From: Minisyncoccota bacterium
Lineage (GTDB): Bacteria > Patescibacteriota > Minisyncoccia > Phycocordibacterales > UBA2100
Length of the DNA stretch: 64,000 nucleotides
Assembly (NCBI GenBank): GCA_035708165.1
Contig: DASSSZ010000001.1
Coordinates: forward strand, 230,884 to 294,883
Reading direction: 5' to 3'
Shown here piece after piece: positions 60,896 through 64,000 of this stretch. The notes beneath the pieces are model-generated. The model saw nothing but the letters and a program-made list of their open reading frames with translations. It was not told the DNA's origin and did no database searches. The translations under genes were made by a program, and so were the position numbers. Within the stretch, counting starts at the first letter, position 1, and the number at the start of each line of letters is the position of its first letter.

Positions 60896-61600
60896 TCATT
60901 CTTCCCGCGCGTTAGAGGCTAAACCTCTAACGGGTGCGTCATGCATGTCCCCTTCCTCAAGCCAGTCATCTATATGCGCATCGAGGCTCCGCCGTGTCGA
61001 GAAGTATTCGGGGAACCTTGCCGGGTCAGTAATCACATGCCGCTTGCGATTATATTCGCCGAAGCTCGAGTACGGATATGTCTGCACGTATTCCCGCACC
61101 TTTTTGAAATCGCGAGAGCCGAATTCTTTCCAGTGCGGATCGACGAGTTTCGCCGGATTGAGATGAATATAGGAAAACAGGTACCGTGCATACCGATCAT
61201 CGAGCACATGCCTTGCCTTGAACGTGCCCTGGAAGAGCGCGCCGCTTCGCGCATGCCGCTCATTGAAATACATCGTGTAGGCGGTCTGCAGGCGCTGCAT
61301 GAATTTCGATATTCCATTTTCGACGAGCGGCGTCACATACAGGTGAAAGTGATTCGGCATGAGGCAATAGGCGCCGATCGCCACCAATGGCGCACCTTGT
61401 GTTAGTTTTAGAGGTTTAGCCTCTAACACATAATCGCGACGGATCTCGTGTGTCAGCCGAGGCGCAGCGGCATCATTCAGAACACAGAGGTAAGCCAGGA
61501 ACCGCTGGTATTCATCGGCGTTTGAGAAGATCTCGCGCTTATCCACCCCCCTATTATAGAGGTGGTAGTATTCTCCTTCGCTGAAAATGATACGTCTCAT
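60896..61600 (-). mobile_element. REP-associated tyrosine (Y1 HUH, RAYT-like) transposase 2
   Basis: YYHLYNRGVDKR, AYCLMPNHFH, FMQRLQTAYTMYFN, YIHLNP, YPYSS. Confidence 0.92.
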
Positions 61601-61666
61601 ACTGTATGGAAGATATTTAGAGGCTTAGCCTTATTTAGAGGTATTTTAGAGGTTTAGCCTCTAAAA
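60910..61666. repeat. REP-like palindrome TTAGAGGCTAAACCTCTAA (60910, 61408, 61644; degenerate copy at 61618)
   Basis: Read directly in and around transposase 2. Confidence 0.88.
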
Positions 61667-64000
61667 GAGGTGGCTGAGGTCGGGGTCGAGGTCGAAGCCG
61701 GAGTTTCTGTCGTGGGCACGGTTGCAGTTGCAGTTGTCGTTGTCGTTGCGGTCGAGCTTGCCGGGTCGAACATATCTTCAGGCGAGGGTGACGAACTGCC
61801 ATCCGGGGTCGAGCTCGCATCCCCTGCCTTCGGCGTCGCGGGCGCCGTGCGTGCGGTATCGCTCTCTGGCGTGCTCGTGGCGTTCCCGCCGATACCACCG
61901 CTCGTCGCGCTCGTCGAAGTCGCGGCGCTGCCCTCCCCTGCCCCCTGCTCATCCTCCTCGGTGCTCGTCGCTGCGGTCGAGCTCGCGTCCCCCACGATCA
62001 CGGTGCGCGTCGCGGTCGTCGTGTTGCCGTCCTGGTCGGTCGCGCTGTAGAGGATCGTGTGCGTGCCCGGCGCCGAGGTGTCGAGCGAGATCAAGCCCGG
62101 CGTCGTGGTCGCGCCTCCGTCAACAGACGCGCTGATGCCGAGATTCATGTTCGTGCCGTCGACGACCGTCTCGCCCACGTCGTTGTACGCCGCACCCACC
62201 GCGATGTGCGCCGGATTCGCGCCGAGGATGGTGATGACCGGCACCGTAGAGCTCGCGGTCTCCGCGGCCGGTGCGGCTGCCGCCTGGCTCGCCAAGACCG
62301 CGGCGAGCTGATCGCCCGTCACGCACACGTCCGTGCCATCGCTCTTCGTCACGCAGAGCTCCTTCGTGTGCACGCGGTTCGCGAAGAAGTCGCCGATGCC
62401 GTTGCCTGCCGACGCGAACCATTGCGCGAGCGCGAGCTTCATATCACCCGAGATCTGCACCATCTGCTGTACTTGCGCATTCAGCTCCTGCAGCGCCTGC
62501 AGCATGAGCCACTGCACATCGCCGTACTTCACTTCGTACATGCTGCTGCTCGCGTCGACCGTCACCAATTCCGGTGCGACCGTGAGTACCTGCTGCGCGA
62601 TCAGGCCGTGATAGGTGGTGGAGGTTGCCGTCTTGTAGGCGAAGGAATTGACCTGCAGCCCTGCGATCTGCGCAAGGGCGGTCGTCGAGCCTTGGTCGAA
62701 GGAGAGCGGCGTGATGTCGGTCTTCAGGCGCTCGTCGGAGGCGCAGGTGCCCAAGGTACCCGAGTTGTAGTAGATGCAGCCCCAGTTCAGGCCGGAGGCG
62801 CCGAGGTTGTAGCTCGACGCCGCACTCGGCGTGATGGAGCCGGCGATTTGAAGCTTCGATGCAGGTGATGTGACACCGATGCCGACGTTGCCGCCCTGCG
62901 ACCCGTTCAGGAGAAGCGAGCCCGAACCCTGTACCGCTACCTGATTCGCTGAGATCTGCAATGCGGATCCCGACGCACCGAAGCTCGCAGCCCACCCCGA
63001 TGATTGTGCCACGTGCAGTGGCGTTATCGGATCGGTCGTCCCGATCCCGACGAAGCCGTTGCTCAAGAGCCGCATGTTCTCGATGAACGAGGTGCCATTG
63101 TACGAATCGAATGCGAGGCCGCGATTCGTGCCGTCATTGATCGCGTTGATGCCGCCCGTCGAATTGGTGACGCCCGGATTGTTCGAGGTCGCACCGGAGA
63201 AGCGCAAGAGCGGCGTGGTGCGCTCGACCGAGAGATCGGTGTTATCGACGATCACTGCTGCAGGCTTCGTGTCGTCCGCGCTATTGAGCATCGTGTAATC
63301 GGTATCGCCCGAGGGGTTCAATGCAGGGCCCGTCATGATGCCTGCGCCGAAGCTGACCCGGTTGCTCCCGCCGATCGAGACCGCGGAATTGGTCACGGAG
63401 AAGATCGACGTGCCGTATTGGTCATAGACGCCGAGCAAGGTGCCGCCTGCACCGCCATTCGCTTGCGAGATGACGAGACCATTGCCTTGGTCGTTGCCGC
63501 CGATGCGCGCCTGCGCGGTCTCCGGTTTGTTGCCCGTCGTCCAGTTGTATGCCTGATCGCTACTTTCGATTGTGGTCGTCCCGGCGACGGTGAGAAGTGA
63601 GGAAGGTGTGGAGGTTCCGATGCCGACGTTGCCATTCGTCAGCATCTCAAGGATGGTGCCGACAGAGTTATCTATGCGCAGCGCTTCATGATAGTCATTG
63701 CTGTTAAGGAAACCGTAGAGACCGTTGCCGGATGAGTTGTTCTGATCGAAGCGCATCGCGTAGCCACTTGAAGCATTATTGCTGCTCACGTAGAGCGTCG
63801 CGCCAGTCGGGGCGGTGCCGATGCCGACGTTACCGGTCGATGCGAGGTAGAGCGTGCTGTTCGGCGTATTCGGCTCCAAGTAGAACGGATTCTTATCATG
63901 CGTCGCGTCGTAAAAGGTGAGGCCACCCGAGGTATCGTTCGAGAACGACCATGCTTGCGTATTATTACCATTCACCAGCTGGAAATTCGCCGATTGGCTG
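61654..64000 (-). CDS. Tail-fibre-like adhesin with peptidase S74 intramolecular chaperone and Ig-like (DUF5011-type) domain; 5' end lies outside the window
   Basis: GNVGIGT repeats; SDERLKTDI..HGLIAQQV..PELV..Y..LQEL; PVITILGANP..ILYSATD..RTVIV; frame stays open to the window edge. Confidence 0.85.
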   Translation of the reverse strand, partial: SQSANFQLVNGNNTQAWSFSNDTSGGLTFYDATHDKNPFYLEPNTPNSTLYLASTGNVGIGTAPTGATLYVSSNNASSGYAMRFDQNNSSGNGLYGFLNSNDYHEALRIDNSVGTILEMLTNGNVGIGTSTPSSLLTVAGTTTIESSDQAYNWTTGNKPETAQARIGGNDQGNGLVISQANGGAGGTLLGVYDQYGTSIFSVTNSAVSIGGSNRVSFGAGIMTGPALNPSGDTDYTMLNSADDTKPAAVIVDNTDLSVERTTPLLRFSGATSNNPGVTNSTGGINAINDGTNRGLAFDSYNGTSFIENMRLLSNGFVGIGTTDPITPLHVAQSSGWAASFGASGSALQISANQVAVQGSGSLLLNGSQGGNVGIGVTSPASKLQIAGSITPSAASSYNLGASGLNWGCIYYNSGTLGTCASDERLKTDITPLSFDQGSTTALAQIAGLQVNSFAYKTATSTTYHGLIAQQVLTVAPELVTVDASSSMYEVKYGDVQWLMLQALQELNAQVQQMVQISGDMKLALAQWFASAGNGIGDFFANRVHTKELCVTKSDGTDVCVTGDQLAAVLASQAAAAPAAETASSTVPVITILGANPAHIAVGAAYNDVGETVVDGTNMNLGISASVDGGATTTPGLISLDTSAPGTHTILYSATDQDGNTTTATRTVIVGDASSTAATSTEEDEQGAGEGSAATSTSATSGGIGGNATSTPESDTARTAPATPKAGDASSTPDGSSSPSPEDMFDPASSTATTTTTATATVPTTETPASTSTPTSATSFRG

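Noticed and set aside
53640-64000. Diversity-generating retroelement
   Set aside because: No reverse transcriptase and no template/variable repeat pair differing only at adenines was seen.

Overview
High-GC bacterial chromosome segment (genetic code 11). Its gene inventory points to Patescibacteria/CPR, probably Parcubacteria: short SMC, NusB-Nudix fusion, N-terminally truncated PheS, split transketolase, coiled-coil lytic transglycosylase, type IV pilin and sortase. This taxonomy is an inference from gene architecture. Positions 1-52.7 kb are mostly housekeeping genes (rpoC/B, trmD, rpsP, rnr, smc, rnc, nusB, rpmF, rnhB, dnaE, T-box-thrS, gyrB, pheST, tRNA-Thr, tsf, rpsB, prfA, rpmE, rplY, glycolysis/pentose-phosphate cluster) interspersed with small ORFans and cell-surface genes. 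Positions 52.7-64 kb are an accessory island in which two REP-associated HUH (RAYT-like) transposases with their own palindromes bracket modular secreted-protein genes. Most notable: (1) an apparently intact NlpC/P60 cysteine-peptidase domain inserted in frame inside the B5 domain of PheT, with a C39-like peptidase gene directly downstream; (2) three secreted proteins ending in a shared C-terminal beta-strand motif, two of them coupled to paralogous membrane-anchored partner genes; (3) both RAYT genes carry their own REP palindrome at the same internal position; (4) core genes look leaderless while ORFans carry strong Shine-Dalgarno motifs. All calls come from reading motifs by eye. No database search was run, so novelty is not verified.
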